DNA of 64,000 nt. Origin: Selaginella moellendorffii (Eukaryota; Plantae; Lycopodiophyta). The stretch is from the NCBI RefSeq assembly GCF_000143415.4, contig NW_003314293.1:713763-777762 (forward strand), written 5' to 3'. Shown piece by piece: positions 9,440 to 22,400 of the stretch (position 1 is its first letter; every line of letters starts with the position of its first letter). The translations under genes were made by a program, and so were the position numbers. Under the pieces are notes generated by a model, which worked only from the letters and a program-made list of their open reading frames with translations, did no database searches and had not been told where the DNA came from.

Positions 9440-10970
9440 TGTCTTTCAAATATACTTAAGCAGACACTAAGCTTATGAAGAATCATTGGCCATGCACTGC
9501 TTAAATAGGATGAACTTAAACGTAATTACATGTGATATGATTTTCTGGGGAAGAATATGGGTGAGTGAGCGAAACATCCTTTAGCTATATCAATTGTCAA
9601 ACATCTAGTACATATATTGTCTACCTAGTTCTAGACACTCAGCCGGCACAACAAAATAACTAGTGAAAAAATCCCACTTGGAAAGTGGCATTTTAATCTG
9701 CGAAATGCCCCTTCTGTTCATTGGCAGAGCTTCTGGAACCTGACTGATTCGACCAATTTGCTGCTGCTGCAGCTAGGGCTAGAGTCAAGGTTTCTAAGAG
9801 TATTTTTTATTTTTATTTTGTAAGGGGAAGGGGGGGAGCGGGGGTGTGGGTGAGTGGGCTGGTAAAAAATTGTAAAAGATTAACATAAATGTGCATATAT
9901 ATGCTCAAATTATTGTAATATATATGTGTCACTTACAAAACTATATCTTCAGTTATCCATATTACATTTACATTCTTCTTTAATCACTTTTAACATTTAA
10001 AATGAAGTTAAAATATTAACATAAAAAATGATATGGAAAATCAAGTTGTAAGGAAAATTCTTTATCAATTGACATAATAATGACACACATTTTCCATCTA
10101 ACAATTTAGTAAGTGCAATTTAAATGCCTGAAAATATTGTTTCATGATCAAATTTTGGGTATTCATTGGTATTTGCGGATATCATTGTCAAATGTTATAT
10201 ATATGGGTATGATATTGGACTCTTAGGCATATTGTTGAGTCATAAAAATTTAAGTTGAAATGAATATATATGAAATTGTAAATAAGAGGAAGTTGGTTGA
10301 GTATTAAAAATTTACATTCTTGGATTAAAAGTTATTCTTTTTGTAGTAAAGAAAATTTTCCACAAATTTTCTTAATGGTTGATTTGTTGATTATTTTGCC
10401 CAAAAACCATTTCATTTTTGAAAGCCATTTAGTGAAAGGGTTAAAGTTGACTAAAATTAAAGTAAAAAAGTGGTTGTTGTTTTTTTCCCTTAGGCTTTTC
10501 TTATGTAACATTATATTTGTTGGTAGATTACATCTTATATTTAGTTAAATTTAATGAGAGTAGTTAACTCTAATTAAACTTGACTTAGTTTAAGATAGTG
10601 ATATTTAGCTTAGTTGTTTGCAGTTAAAGTAATAACAGTTTTAGGTATATAAATCCATCTCATAGTCTTCCCTTTAGTTTCAACTAAATGTTAATCATTT
10701 GTGGCTAACCTCTTCATTTGTACTTAGAGTTATTTGTTAAAGATGTTAGTAGGGTTATTGTTGTATGATTGGATTTAAGTAGTCATTTTGTCTGTAATTA
10801 TTTATGTTTCTATATGTTGTATTTAGAGTGTTACTTTTATGTTGGACAAATATATAACTCAATGATGTAAATTTAGTGTTTGAGCCTTATGACAACAAAT
10901 TTAAGAGTGATTGTTAGTTATTTTGTAACTAATGATTATTTATAAATTTCATTATTTTAGAGCTTTGATT

Positions 10971-13080
10971 GTGTATATCAATTACCCTAGCTTATATACA
11001 GGAGCGAGTGGTCCGGATTGAAACCAATCCGACGGCTACCAAAATCCCACTATACTAATATTAGTATATGGCATCATAGCCATACACTTGGCCTTCACAT
11101 CATTCCCTCCTTTCAGAATAATGGAACACCATCAAGGTTCTTTTGTAGATGGGCCGGGATCTGGAAGAACGTTAGGAGGAGGCATTGGCAGATCTGTAAG
11201 TGGTATTAATTGCTTCTGATCCCTTTGTATGAAGCATTTTAACCACTACACATGCGCAATATCTAGAAGATCATTCTGCTAAACATTATTGCAAACTTCA
11301 TAAACTTGTGGTCCAACTTGCCACAACACCCAATACGGTCCTTTCCATTGAGCAATAAACCCCTTAGATAAACCACGTACCTTAAAATGGGGAAAATGGA
11401 CTAACACTAAGTCATCCACTTTGTACTCCGCAAGTGAACGATGATGGGAGTTGTAGCGCCATTGTTGTCACATTTATACATGACTTAAGTGTTCGAAAGA
11501 ATCCACTATGAACGAGAATGCTAGAACACTGTTCGATTGAGGAGGAAGTATCTAACAAAAGTTGCAGAGGCACTAACAAGAGCACCAACTTTCACTCAAC
11601 AAGTCAAGTAATCAAGTAATCAGAAGCAATAATAACATACTCATTACCAGCAGTCGACTATGGAAAAAGTTCTATAAGATCAAATGCCACCAACTCAAAC
11701 GAATGGGAAATTGCAATTGACTCTAATCGTCCTTCCATAGCACGAGGGGGAGTATTACGAACTTGGCACCAAACACAGCTACGCACATACTAGATAATAT
11801 CACGTCGCATCTCCGGCCAATAGAAAGATCTGCGTAGCTTCTTAGTTACACTACAATGCCCTATATACCTACCTAGAAGAGGAGAATCATGATAGCCATG
11901 GAGAAACCATGGAATAAAGATAGAAGGCACCATCAGCCGTAAATGATCATCAAAATAAAGAAGGCTGTCTTCAAGGTATCAGCAAGTGATGCAAGATTCT
12001 CAAACCCATCTTGAAGCCTTTGAATCCACGACTCAATCTTTTGACCTTTGCGAACCTCATCAAAAGAGGGTAGATTTTGCTATGCGCCTTGTGGACACTG
12101 AACATCAAGTGTAGCAACCGCCGACGGCACAGAATCCTCGTCTAAAAAATCCACAGATGCTAGAACAACAAGCTCGTTAAAAACATGAGAAGAGAGTGCA
12201 GAAGGAAGAGGAGCTATAGAAATGCCATCAGCATTAGCTATAAAACTCCCTAGGTGATGAAAAACATCAAAATTATATATCTAAAGCTTCAAAGCCCACC
12301 GAACAGTACGACCAACCAAGTTTTTTCGTTTCAATAATGAAGTAATATTAACATAATCATCTTCAACTAACGTCCGAAAACCATGTAAATATGCATGAAG
12401 TTTCTCAAAACCCTAGACTGCTGCTAAACACTCCTTCTGTAATTCACCTCCACTGATTGCAATGTACGGTTTATATATGCAATGAGATGGCACTGATCAA
12501 GCACACTCGGGCTCATCGCAAAGAACTTCGTCCATCATCCGCTAGAAAGTTGCTAGAGCATTGTTTAAACTAAACGGCATCACCAAAAACTCATACAAAC
12601 TAAATAGTGTATGAAAAGTAGTTTTAAAAATATCTTTTTCGGCCATTGGTACTTGCCAATACCTAGAAGCAAGATCTAGTTTGGTGAACTAATGACTTCG
12701 CCCCAGACGATCTAAAAGATCAACAATATGAGGAAGAGGGTACACATCTTGGCTCATCACTTTGTTTAATGAATGATAGTCAATGTAGAAATGAATACTC
12801 CCATCAGGCTTCGTCATAAGATGAGGTTCACATGCCCAAGGACTTTGCAACTTCCTAATAACACCCTTCTTCAACATCTTCTTGACATTTGCACATAAAA
12901 TCTTAATCTCTTTGGGTGACCAACGACGAATAAAAACCTTGATTGGACGAGCATCCCCGGTTGAAATCGGATGATGTGTAGCAATCTTGGCCCCAGGCGA
13001 TAGATCAAATTCAAAGAGATCAAAATACTCCTTCATGAGCCGGTCAACCACTGCAACACAAAGATTATCGAAGGGATCAG
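10971..13080 (-). mobile_element. Degenerate Ty3/Gypsy fragment (partial 3' LTR 10971-11099, PPT, integrase/RNaseH/RT remnants)
   Basis: RT remnant 'PWACEPHLMTKPDGSIHFYIDYHSLNKV..DVYPLPHI.DLLDRLG'. PPT-like TTCTGAAAGGAGGGAATGA (minus strand) abuts an LTR shared with 24515-24667 and 51505-51681. Confidence 0.88.
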
Positions 13081-13874
13081 AGTGTGGGAGCATGGGGGAT
13101 GCTCGATGAATTTTCGACACGATGCCGAGAGACGATGTCGCAGCATGGAACTCGATGGTCCTGGGCTATGCCGAGAACAAGCAAGCAGCACTAGGCTTGG
13201 AGCTCTTTCAAGAGATTCCTCCTTGAGTTTTGGACGCTCACAGCTTGGCTGCTGCTCTCAAGGCTTGTGGAAGCCTGGCCTCTCTGGGACAGGGCAAAGC
13301 CACTCATGCTCTAGCTTGCCGCATGGGGATGGAAGAATCTCTCACCGTTGGGACTAGTTTGGTCGACTTCTATTGCAAGTGTGGAAACATGGTGGACACT
13401 CGACTGGTTTTTGATAAGATCTTTGCCAAGGAGCTAGCGGCCTGGACAGCTCTCGTGGAAGGCTATGGCCGTCAAGGAAGCTCCAAGCTTGTGATGGAGT
13501 TTCTTTGTGGAATGGAAGAGGAGGGGTTTCGACCAGACGCTAAAACTCTGGCTAGCGTTATCACTGCTTGTAGCCACGGTGGCGAGCTAGAGGCCGCCAG
13601 GAAACTCTTTGCAGAAGTGATTCCTTCGCAGGATTATTTCGTGCGCATGGTGGATCTTCTAGGTAGAGCCAATGAGCTAAATGCCGCAGTAGACATGGTT
13701 AGCTCGGTGGAAAGTGTTAGCAACGCTAAGTTGGTGGTGTTGTGGAGAATTATCCTAGATGCTTGTAGAAGGTGGAAGAATCTTGAGGTGGGAAAGGTGG
13801 CATTCAAGCGTTTGATGGATTTGGATGAGTTTGATTCAGCGGCTTATGTACTATTCGCATCCAGCTATGATTAA
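13081..13874 (+). pseudogene. 5'-truncated duplicate of the PPR gene
   Basis: Copy of 5646-6439 starting mid-repeat, fused to Gypsy RT; two CGA>TGA stops near 13106 and 13224. Confidence 0.88.
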
Positions 13875-13923
13875 GTGCAAATAATTCACTTGATTATTCT
13901 TTCTTTGTAAGAATGCGGCTGCT

Positions 13924-14892
13924 CTAAATGGAGCGAGCGGCAAAGGCTAGAGCTCCAATACCAATGGTGATAGCAATGGGGCCTCCATACTTGGTGCCAA
14001 AGTCTGCCACATTCACGCAAGAATCGAGCATGGAGTAGCCAGCCGAGTAGAGCGTGCTTCCGGCGATGTTGTAAAGAGCACGAACTGGGGCGAGCAGTGA
14101 CTGGTATGCATATGGGAGGTATCCGCTTGCATCAAGGGCATCGAACAGAGAATCTAAGAACCATTCGCTGTGAACAGAGGCCACCACGTTATTGACAAGA
14201 ATGTTGCCCGACAGTGTCAAGGGGTTGTAGAGTCCCAGCTTGTCAACCTTTGAGATCTCTGCGTATATCAAGATTGTGTTATTACAGAGCATTAAGAGGT
14301 GTGGTTTCTTGTACCTGTGATTGGTGAGGCTCCAGAGATTGTGGACAGGCTATCGCCAACTTTGAGATCAGCAGCTCGCTTGTAAATTATCTCTCCTTTG
14401 GTGTTAACTGGGACAAAGTGACCGGCTGTAAGCTCCAAGGTGTTGGCTTCGGTCTTGACTTGCACGAATTCAGAGACAACATCTAGATCCTTGTGACCAA
14501 ACGCGTAGATATCCGAAAATGAATTCTTCCCAACAGCAACCTGTAGAAACTCATTAATCATGTGAAGCAAAGTGGATTACTAGCTAGGATCTTGCCTTAT
14601 CTCCAATCTTAAGTTCCTTCATGGTCTTCATTTCTCCACTGTACATATGAACCATTGCATCACCTAGATAGATATTGCATGGTTACATAGCACAGTGTAA
14701 TTTGTAGAGAATAACTTTATTACCTGGAAAGCATCCAGGGTTTTGACATATTCCATTGTTACATGTGAATCCAGTTAGCCCCGCTGTTGTGCAATCAGCA
14801 GTAGTAGTGCAACTCACTATATTAGTAGCAAATACAGTGGAAAACAATCCAAGAAGAGAGACCACAGCAAACACAGCAGCTAGAGAAGCCAT
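13924..14892 (-). CDS. Hog/Hint-domain precursor copy 3 (duplicate of copy 1, 265 aa)
   Basis: Exons 1-3 appear identical to copy 1; four amino-acid changes in the post-Hint region (DALDASGY, STL, DFG). Confidence 0.88.
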
Positions 14893-16432
14893 TGCCTTTC
14901 AAATATACTTAAGAAGACACTAAGCATATGAAGCATCATTGGCCATGCACTGCTTAAATAGGATGAACTTAAACGTAATTACATGTGATATGATTTTCTG
15001 GGGAAGAATATGGGTGAGTGAGCGAAACATCTTAGCTATATCAATTGTCAAACATCTAGTACATATATTGTCTACCTAGTTCTATATTTTTAAGCAGGGC
15101 ATGCTTTGGTACACCTGTATAATGCGATGGACTTTAAAATTGGAACATTCCAGTCTTCAACTATAGTAATTGCACTATTATGAACTAATAAAACCTTGTA
15201 ATACATTTTTTAATAAAGTTCTTTACATGTTAGAAATATATGTAAAGCTTTTTAGAATTGCCATAAATTACTTAGAATAATGAGTTTTGATATCATCAAT
15301 TGAGGGTGTGGGTGAGTGGGCTGGTAAAAAATTGTAAAAGATTAACATAAATGTGCATATATATGCTCAAATTATTGTAATATATATGTGTCACTTACAA
15401 AACTATATCTTCAGTTATCCATATTACATTTACATTCTTCTTTAATCACTTTTAACATTTAAAATGAAGTTAAAATATTAACATAAAAAATGATATGGAA
15501 AATCAAGTTGTAAGGAAAATTCTTTATCAATTGACATAATAATGACACACATTTTCCATCTAACAATTTAGTAAGTGCAATTTAAATGCCTGAAAATATT
15601 GTTTCATGATCAAATTTTGGGTATTCATTGGTATTTGCGGATATCATTGTCAAATGTTATATATATGGGTATGATATTGGACTCTTAGGCATATTGTTGA
15701 GTCATAAAAATTTAAGTTGAAATGAATATATATGAAATTGTAAATAAGAGGAAGTTGGTTGAGTATTAAAAATTTACATTCTTGGATTAAAAGTTATTCT
15801 TTTTGTAGTAAAGAAAATTTTCCACAAATTTTCTTAATGGTTGATTTGTTGATTATTTTGCCCAAAAACCATTTCATTTTTGAAAGCCATTTAGTGAAAG
15901 GGTTAAAGTTGACTAAAATTAAAGTAAAAAAGTGGTTGTTGTTTTTTTCCCTTAGGCTTTTCTTATGTAACATTATATTTGTTGGTAGATTACATCTTAT
16001 ATTTAGTTAAATTTAATGAGAGTAGTTAACTCTAATTAAACTTGACTTAGTTTAAGATAGTGATATTTAGCTTAGTTGTTTGCAGTTAAAGTAATAACAG
16101 TTTTAGGTATATAAATCCATCTCATAGTCTTCCCTTTAGTTTCAACTAAATGTTAATCATTTGTGGCTAACCTCTTCATTTGTACTTAGAGTTATTTGTT
16201 AAAGATGTTAGTAGGGTTATTGTTGTATGATTGGATTTAAGTAGTCATTTTGTCTGTAATTATTTATGTTTCTATATGTTGTATTTAGAGTGTTACTTTT
16301 ATGTTGGACAAATATATAACTCAATGATGTAAATTTAGTGTTTGAGCCTTATGACAACAAATTTAAGAGTGATTGTTAGTTATTTCGTAACTAATGATTA
16401 TTTATAAATTTCATTATTTTAGAGCTTTGATT

Positions 16433-19400
16433 GTGTATATCAATTACCCTAGCTTATATACAGGAGCGAGTGGTCCGGATTGAAACCAATCCGACGGCTA
16501 CCAAAATCCCACTATACTAATATTAGTATATGGCATCATAGCCATACACTTGGCCTTCACATCATTCCCTCCTTTCAGAATAATGGAACACCATCAAGGT
16601 TCTTTTGTAGATGGGCCGGGATCTGGAAGAACGTTAGGAGGAGGCATTGGCAGATCTGTAAGTGGTATTAATTGCTTCTGATCCCTTTGTATGAAGCATT
16701 TTAACCACTACACATGCACAATATCTAGAAGATCATTCTGCTAAACATTATTGCAAACTTCATAAACTTGTGGTCCAACTTGCCACAACACCTAATACGG
16801 TCCTTTCCATTGAGCAATAAACCCCTTAGATAAACCACGTACCTTAAAATGGGGAAAATGGACTAACACTAAGTCATCCACTTTGTACTCCGCAAGTGAA
16901 CGATGATGGGAGTTGTAGCGCCATTGTTGTCACATTTATACATGACTTAAGTGTTCGAAAGAATCCACTATGAACGAGAATGCTAGAACACTGTTCGATT
17001 GAGGAGGAAGTATCTAACAAAAGTTGCAGAGGCACTAACAAGAGCACCAACTTTCACTCAACAAGTCAAGTAATCAAGTAATCAGAAGCAATAATAACAT
17101 ACTCATTACCAGCAGTCGACTATGGAAAAAGTTCTATAAGATCAAATGCCACCAACTCAAACGAATGGGAAATTGCAATTGACTCTAATCGTCCTTCCAT
17201 AGCACGAGGGGGAGTATTACGAGCTTGGCACCAAACACAGCTACGCACATACTAGATAATATCACGTCGCATCTCCGGCCAATAGAAAGATCTGCGTAGC
17301 TTCTTGGTTACACTACAATGCCCTATATACCTACCTAGAAGAGGAAAATCATGATAGCCATGGAGAAACCATGGAATAAAGATAGAAGGCACCATCAGCC
17401 GTAAATGATCATCAAAATAAAGAAGGCCGTCTTCAAGGTATCAGCAAGTGATGCAAGATTCTCAAACCCATCTTGAAGCCTTTGAATCCACGACTCAATC
17501 TTTTGACCTTTGCGAACCTCATCAAAAGAGGGTAGATTTTGCTATGCGCCTTGTGGACACTGAACATCAAGTGCAGCAACCGCCGACGGCACAGAATCCT
17601 CATCTAAAAAATCCACAGATGCTAGAACAACAAGCTCGTTAAAAACATGAGAAGAGAGTGGAGAAGGAAGAGGAGCTATAGAAATGCCATCAGCATCAGC
17701 TATAAAACTCCCTAGGTGATGAAAAACATCAAAATTATATATCTAAAGCTTCAAAGCCCACCGAACAGTACGACCAACCAAGTTTTTTCGTTTCAATAAT
17801 GAAGTAATATTAACATAATCATCTTCAACTAACGTCCGAAAACCATATAGATATGCATGAAGTTTTGTCGCGCAAAACACGACCCCAACAAGAGCAAGCG
17901 TGAATCTATTGCTCAGCGACGATCTCCGCTAGCACCTCCCTAAGAAAACGAACCCAAGGCTGGCCGCATGTCGGACAGCTAGTCTGCACCCTCTGTTCCC
18001 TTGCCATATGATCCGAGAACCGTCGTTCAATCTCCCTCATTCTCCTTCGCATGATCAGCCTCTGTTCCACTCAAATCACTGCTGGTGGCCTTGCCATGCT
18101 TTTGGACTCCTCTCTTATTGCCAAGGGTTACATTCTACGCCTCTTCACCACCTTATATCTCTCCCAACCCCAAGAGGCACTAGAATATACTGTGCCAGCT
18201 AAGCTAACCCCCTTAACTGATAGCTAAAACCGCAAAAAGATGAAAAATCAGGCTAAGTACTAACCAAGGGCGACTCCAGGCCCTCGACATCATACCGGCA
18301 ACGATAGCACCACGTCCCCGTGTGCCTCAGATGGATAGTATTGCTTCAGGCGAGCTCCGTTGACTGGAGTAGGTAACGGATTACCACTGAAGTCTTCCAG
18401 CTCAGCTGAACCGTTGATGTTCACAGCCTTAACCCGATAAGGCCCGATCCACCGGATTTTCAGCTTTCCAGGACGCTTCCAGTACTTACTCTCGTAAAGC
18501 AAGACCAGATCTCCCACAGAAAAAGTCTTATGGCGTAAATGGCGATCATACCATTTTTTCCGCTGGAACTGCAGAGCTCGGCAAGCTTGGAATGCCTGAA
18601 GATGGTGCTCATCCAACCGGTCCAAAGCTGCTAAACGAGCTTCCACAACCCCATCCCAGTCATAGCTGTGCTCCACAGCCGTCCTCATCGAGTGCACCTC
18701 GAGCTCAAGAGGCAGGATCGCTTCCTGTCCATATACTAGCCGAAAAGGAGTAAATCGGGTGGTTACCTTGTAAGCAATGCGATAAGCCTAGAGAGCGTCC
18801 AAGAGCTTCAAATCCCAGTCACTGGCACTGGCGTTGCAAATCTTCGTCATGGTGTCACACAGCGTCTTGTTAGTCCGCTCAACCTGGCCATTGGCTCTCG
18901 GATGGTAAGGCGTTGAGTGACGATGGGAGATGCCATACTTGGCGGTCAACACCGCAATGACCTCGTTGATGAAGTGAGAACCTCAGTCACTCACCAGCTC
19001 AAGCGGGCAGCCGAACCTCGTGATGATATTCTTGTACAAGAATCCTGCCACCTTCTCCGCTGTATCCACTGGAAAAGCCTCGGCTTCCACCCACTTGGTC
19101 ACGTACTCCGTGCAAACAAGAATGTAGCGATTCCTCCTGGTACGAGTCGGCTTGAACGGTCCCATGAAGTCAATTCCCCACTTCTCAAAGGGAATGGCCG
19201 GAATAATGGGATGCAAAGGCATGCTATCCCGCTTAGTCGGCCGGCCTACACGCTGACAGGGATCACAGCGTTTAACGAAATCCGCCACTTTCCCTGTTTG
19301 CCCTAACTGGTCAAGTTGAGCCCCTTGCTTCGACCGGCGACGATTTTCGCGGGCAATTCCCTCCGGATCGGCAAAAGGAACCGGCGCTTGCACTCCCAGC

Positions 19401-22400
19401 TGCCGAGCAGCAAATCTGGTTTGCACTTGGTAAGCCGTACGCTCCGCGCGGCCTTGTGTCAAATTTGAAATCGAATCCTCTGTTTTGGAATTAGGATTGG
19501 CGCCCACGGCCAAATCAGGAACCATGGCGCTCCGATCCCGCCGGCGTGAAGCACATCGCCTCTGCACTTGAACCTGCTCGTCCTCCTTCTCAGCGTCCTC
19601 ATAAATTTCCTGCAAGTTCGCGGCAACGGGGGACTGAATTGGCCCTGCCGGATCTTGTAAGTTCCACTCCCTTGGCTGAATGAAAACGGCTTGGGAGTCC
19701 ACCACAATCTTCTCTTTGCCTTTCTGCAGCTTGTGAGGGCATTTATCCTGCTCATGAAGCCCTTGAGTTTGGCAAATTCCGCAAATTGGCTGATAACCAA
19801 TCTCCTTGCGTGGATGTGGGCAATTTGGAGAAATATGCCCCAGCTCATTGCAATTCCAGCAAGTGACAGGTCCTCTCCTCTAGCCTCCGCGACCTCGTCC
19901 TGCCGGTGCTACTCCCGCTGCGTAGACTGGCACCATCTGTGGTGCATAATTTGGATAAACTGGTGCATACGTGATATGTGGTGGAGGAGAAAACGGCCTC
20001 TGAATCATCATCTGTGGCGGAGACATTGATGTTGGTGAAGCTGGTGCTGTTTGTATGTATGCGGCCTGTACTTCTGATCCTGGTTTGTAGAAGCAATCCT
20101 CCGATTTATGGTTAGTACGCCGGCAGTATAAGCACCTCGGAGCCACAGCCCCCCCGCTCGGACACTCGTTAGGATAGTGCCCATATGCGTTGCAGCACAC
20201 ACACCAGATATTTTCTCTCGTCTTTTGTTGTCTTCCTGGATTCTGTACTCCCTTGATCCAATTGATTTGCATATCAGCCATCTTCTTCGTCAAGGTCTCC
20301 ACCAGGCTCTCTTGAACCTTCTTCATTTCCGCTTGCATATCCGGTACTGTCGGCTGCTGGGGATACCCACCATAGGGCATCTGCGGCTGGTTCCCCATCG
20401 GCTGCACCATCTGCCCCGGTACCGCGGCTGGATGCGCCATTCTGCTATAATCCAATGTTTCGAGTACTGGAGGCTGGATGCCTCCATACATAGGATACAT
20501 TGATGGATTCGTATGTGCCATATTTGCCGGTACTGAGTTTGCCATAATATTTCCGCTCATGATCCCTTATCTAGTTTGTCTGGCTGTTCCGTAATGGGCT
20601 TGTTCCCAGTTTCCCGCCAATCCTATGGCTGCCTCCAAAGTGGCTGGGTTCTGACACTTGACATGCACCTTCAGTGTTATGGGCAATCCTCCCACGAAAT
20701 ATCTAACTTGCTCCTCCGCTGTCGGCTGCGGCACTCGTTTCAGCAGAAGGCCTTTGAATCTCAAAGTATAGCTCTGCAAGCTCTCTCCTGGTAGCATCTG
20801 AAAATCATAAAGGCTGTCCATGATCCTCTGGTTGAATCCGACCGGCCGGAAGGCTGTCAGGAATGCTAATCTCAGATCTGCCCATACTGTCGCTGCTGGT
20901 ATGGTGGTCATCCACTCGGCTGCAATGCCTTGCAGTGTGGCTGGAAATAATTTTCTCCTCTCGGCGTCTGTATCTTCATCATTTGCGGTGGTGGTGTTCT
21001 CCAATGCCATTATATGAGCATCCGGATCTCCACTGCCCGTAAAGAAAGAGTATTTCATCTTCGTCGTCATGATTGCTGGTCGTCTCGGTGGTCCTTGCGG
21101 TGTAGGCGGTGTACTGGTTCCGCTACTACTGCTCAAACTCGAAGTTGCTGGTACTAGTGGTGAGGATTGATATTCTCCCCACTCCTCTAAGTCTTCTTGA
21201 TCGGGCTACTCCCCTTCTCCAGGATACTTTACCGGCGATGTCCTCGGCGTGACCTCTGGAGGTGTAATACTCGGCGTTACCAGAGGTGTTGTTGTCAACC
21301 CTCTGCGCTGTCTTCTATCTGCTCTACTCTGATTCTGAGTCTCCCTTCTAGCTGCTGCGTCCAATCTTTCCTCAAGCAGCTCCTGATACTCTAGCAAGGA
21401 TTGGCGCATACACAATCTTTGTTGATGCAATCTCCGGCTTTCGTGAGAGGCTTCTGACTTGATGGAGGTAGCCCGGTTCTCTCGGCGCTCCCTCTCCACC
21501 AATCTCCACGCTCACTCCTCGTTTCCCGGGCAGTGCACCAAAGATGTCGCGCAAAACATGACCCCAACAAGAGCAAGCGTGAATCTACTGCTCAGTGACG
21601 ATCTCCGCTAGCACCTCCCTAAGCAAACAAACCCAAGGCTGGCCGCATGTCGGACAGCTAGTCTGCACCCTCTGTTCCCTTGCCATACGATCCGAGAACC
21701 GTCATTCAATCTCCCTCATTCTCCTTCGCATGATCAGCCTCTGTTCCACTCAAATCACTGCTGGTGGCCTTGCCATGCTTTTGGACTCCTCTCTTATTGC
21801 CAAGGGTTACATTCTACGCCTCTTCGCCACCTTATATCTCTCCCAACCCCAAGAGGCACTAGAATATACTATGCCAGCTAAGCTAACCCCCTTAACTGAC
21901 AGCTAAAACCGCAAAAAGATGAAAAATCAAGCTAAGTACTAACCAAGGGCGACTCCAGGCCCTCGACAAGTTTCTCAAAACCCTAGACTGCTGCTAAACA
22001 CTCCTTCTGTGTCATGGAGTAGTTCACCTCCACTGGTTGCAATGTATGGTTTATATATGCAATGAAATGGCATTGACCAAGCACACTCGGGCTTATCGCA
22101 AAGAATTTCGTCCATCATCCACTAGAAAGTTGCTGGAGCATTGTTTAAACTAAACAGCATCACCAAAACCTTATACAAACCAAATGGTGTACGAAAAGTA
22201 GTTTTAAAAATATCTTTTTCGGCCATCGGTACTTGCCAATACCCAGAAGCAAGATCTAGTTTGGTGAACTAATGACTTCGCCCCAGACGATATAAAAGAT
22301 CAGCAATATGAGGAAAAGGGTACACATCTTGGCTCATCACTTCGTTTAATGAATGATAGTCAATGCAGAAACGAATACTCCTATCAGGCTTCGTCACAAG

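Larger units (their letters stand above)
5646..13080 (+). repeat. Tandem segmental duplication, unit 1 (PPR 3' part, Hog1, Hog2, AT-rich spacer, Gypsy 3' part)
   Basis: 5646-~7869 matches 13081-~15303; 9842-13080 matches 15304-22660 once the nested LTR element is removed. Confidence 0.9.

Noticed and set aside
10297-10548. Identical 83-aa ORFs here and at 15759-16010 (also 11018/16480)
   Set aside because: Non-ATG starts in AT-rich or LTR sequence; the identity simply reflects the duplication.
20560-20570. Programmed stop read-through in gag of the nested element
   Set aside because: A single in-frame TAA is more simply a C>T decay mutation, and the element has other stops.
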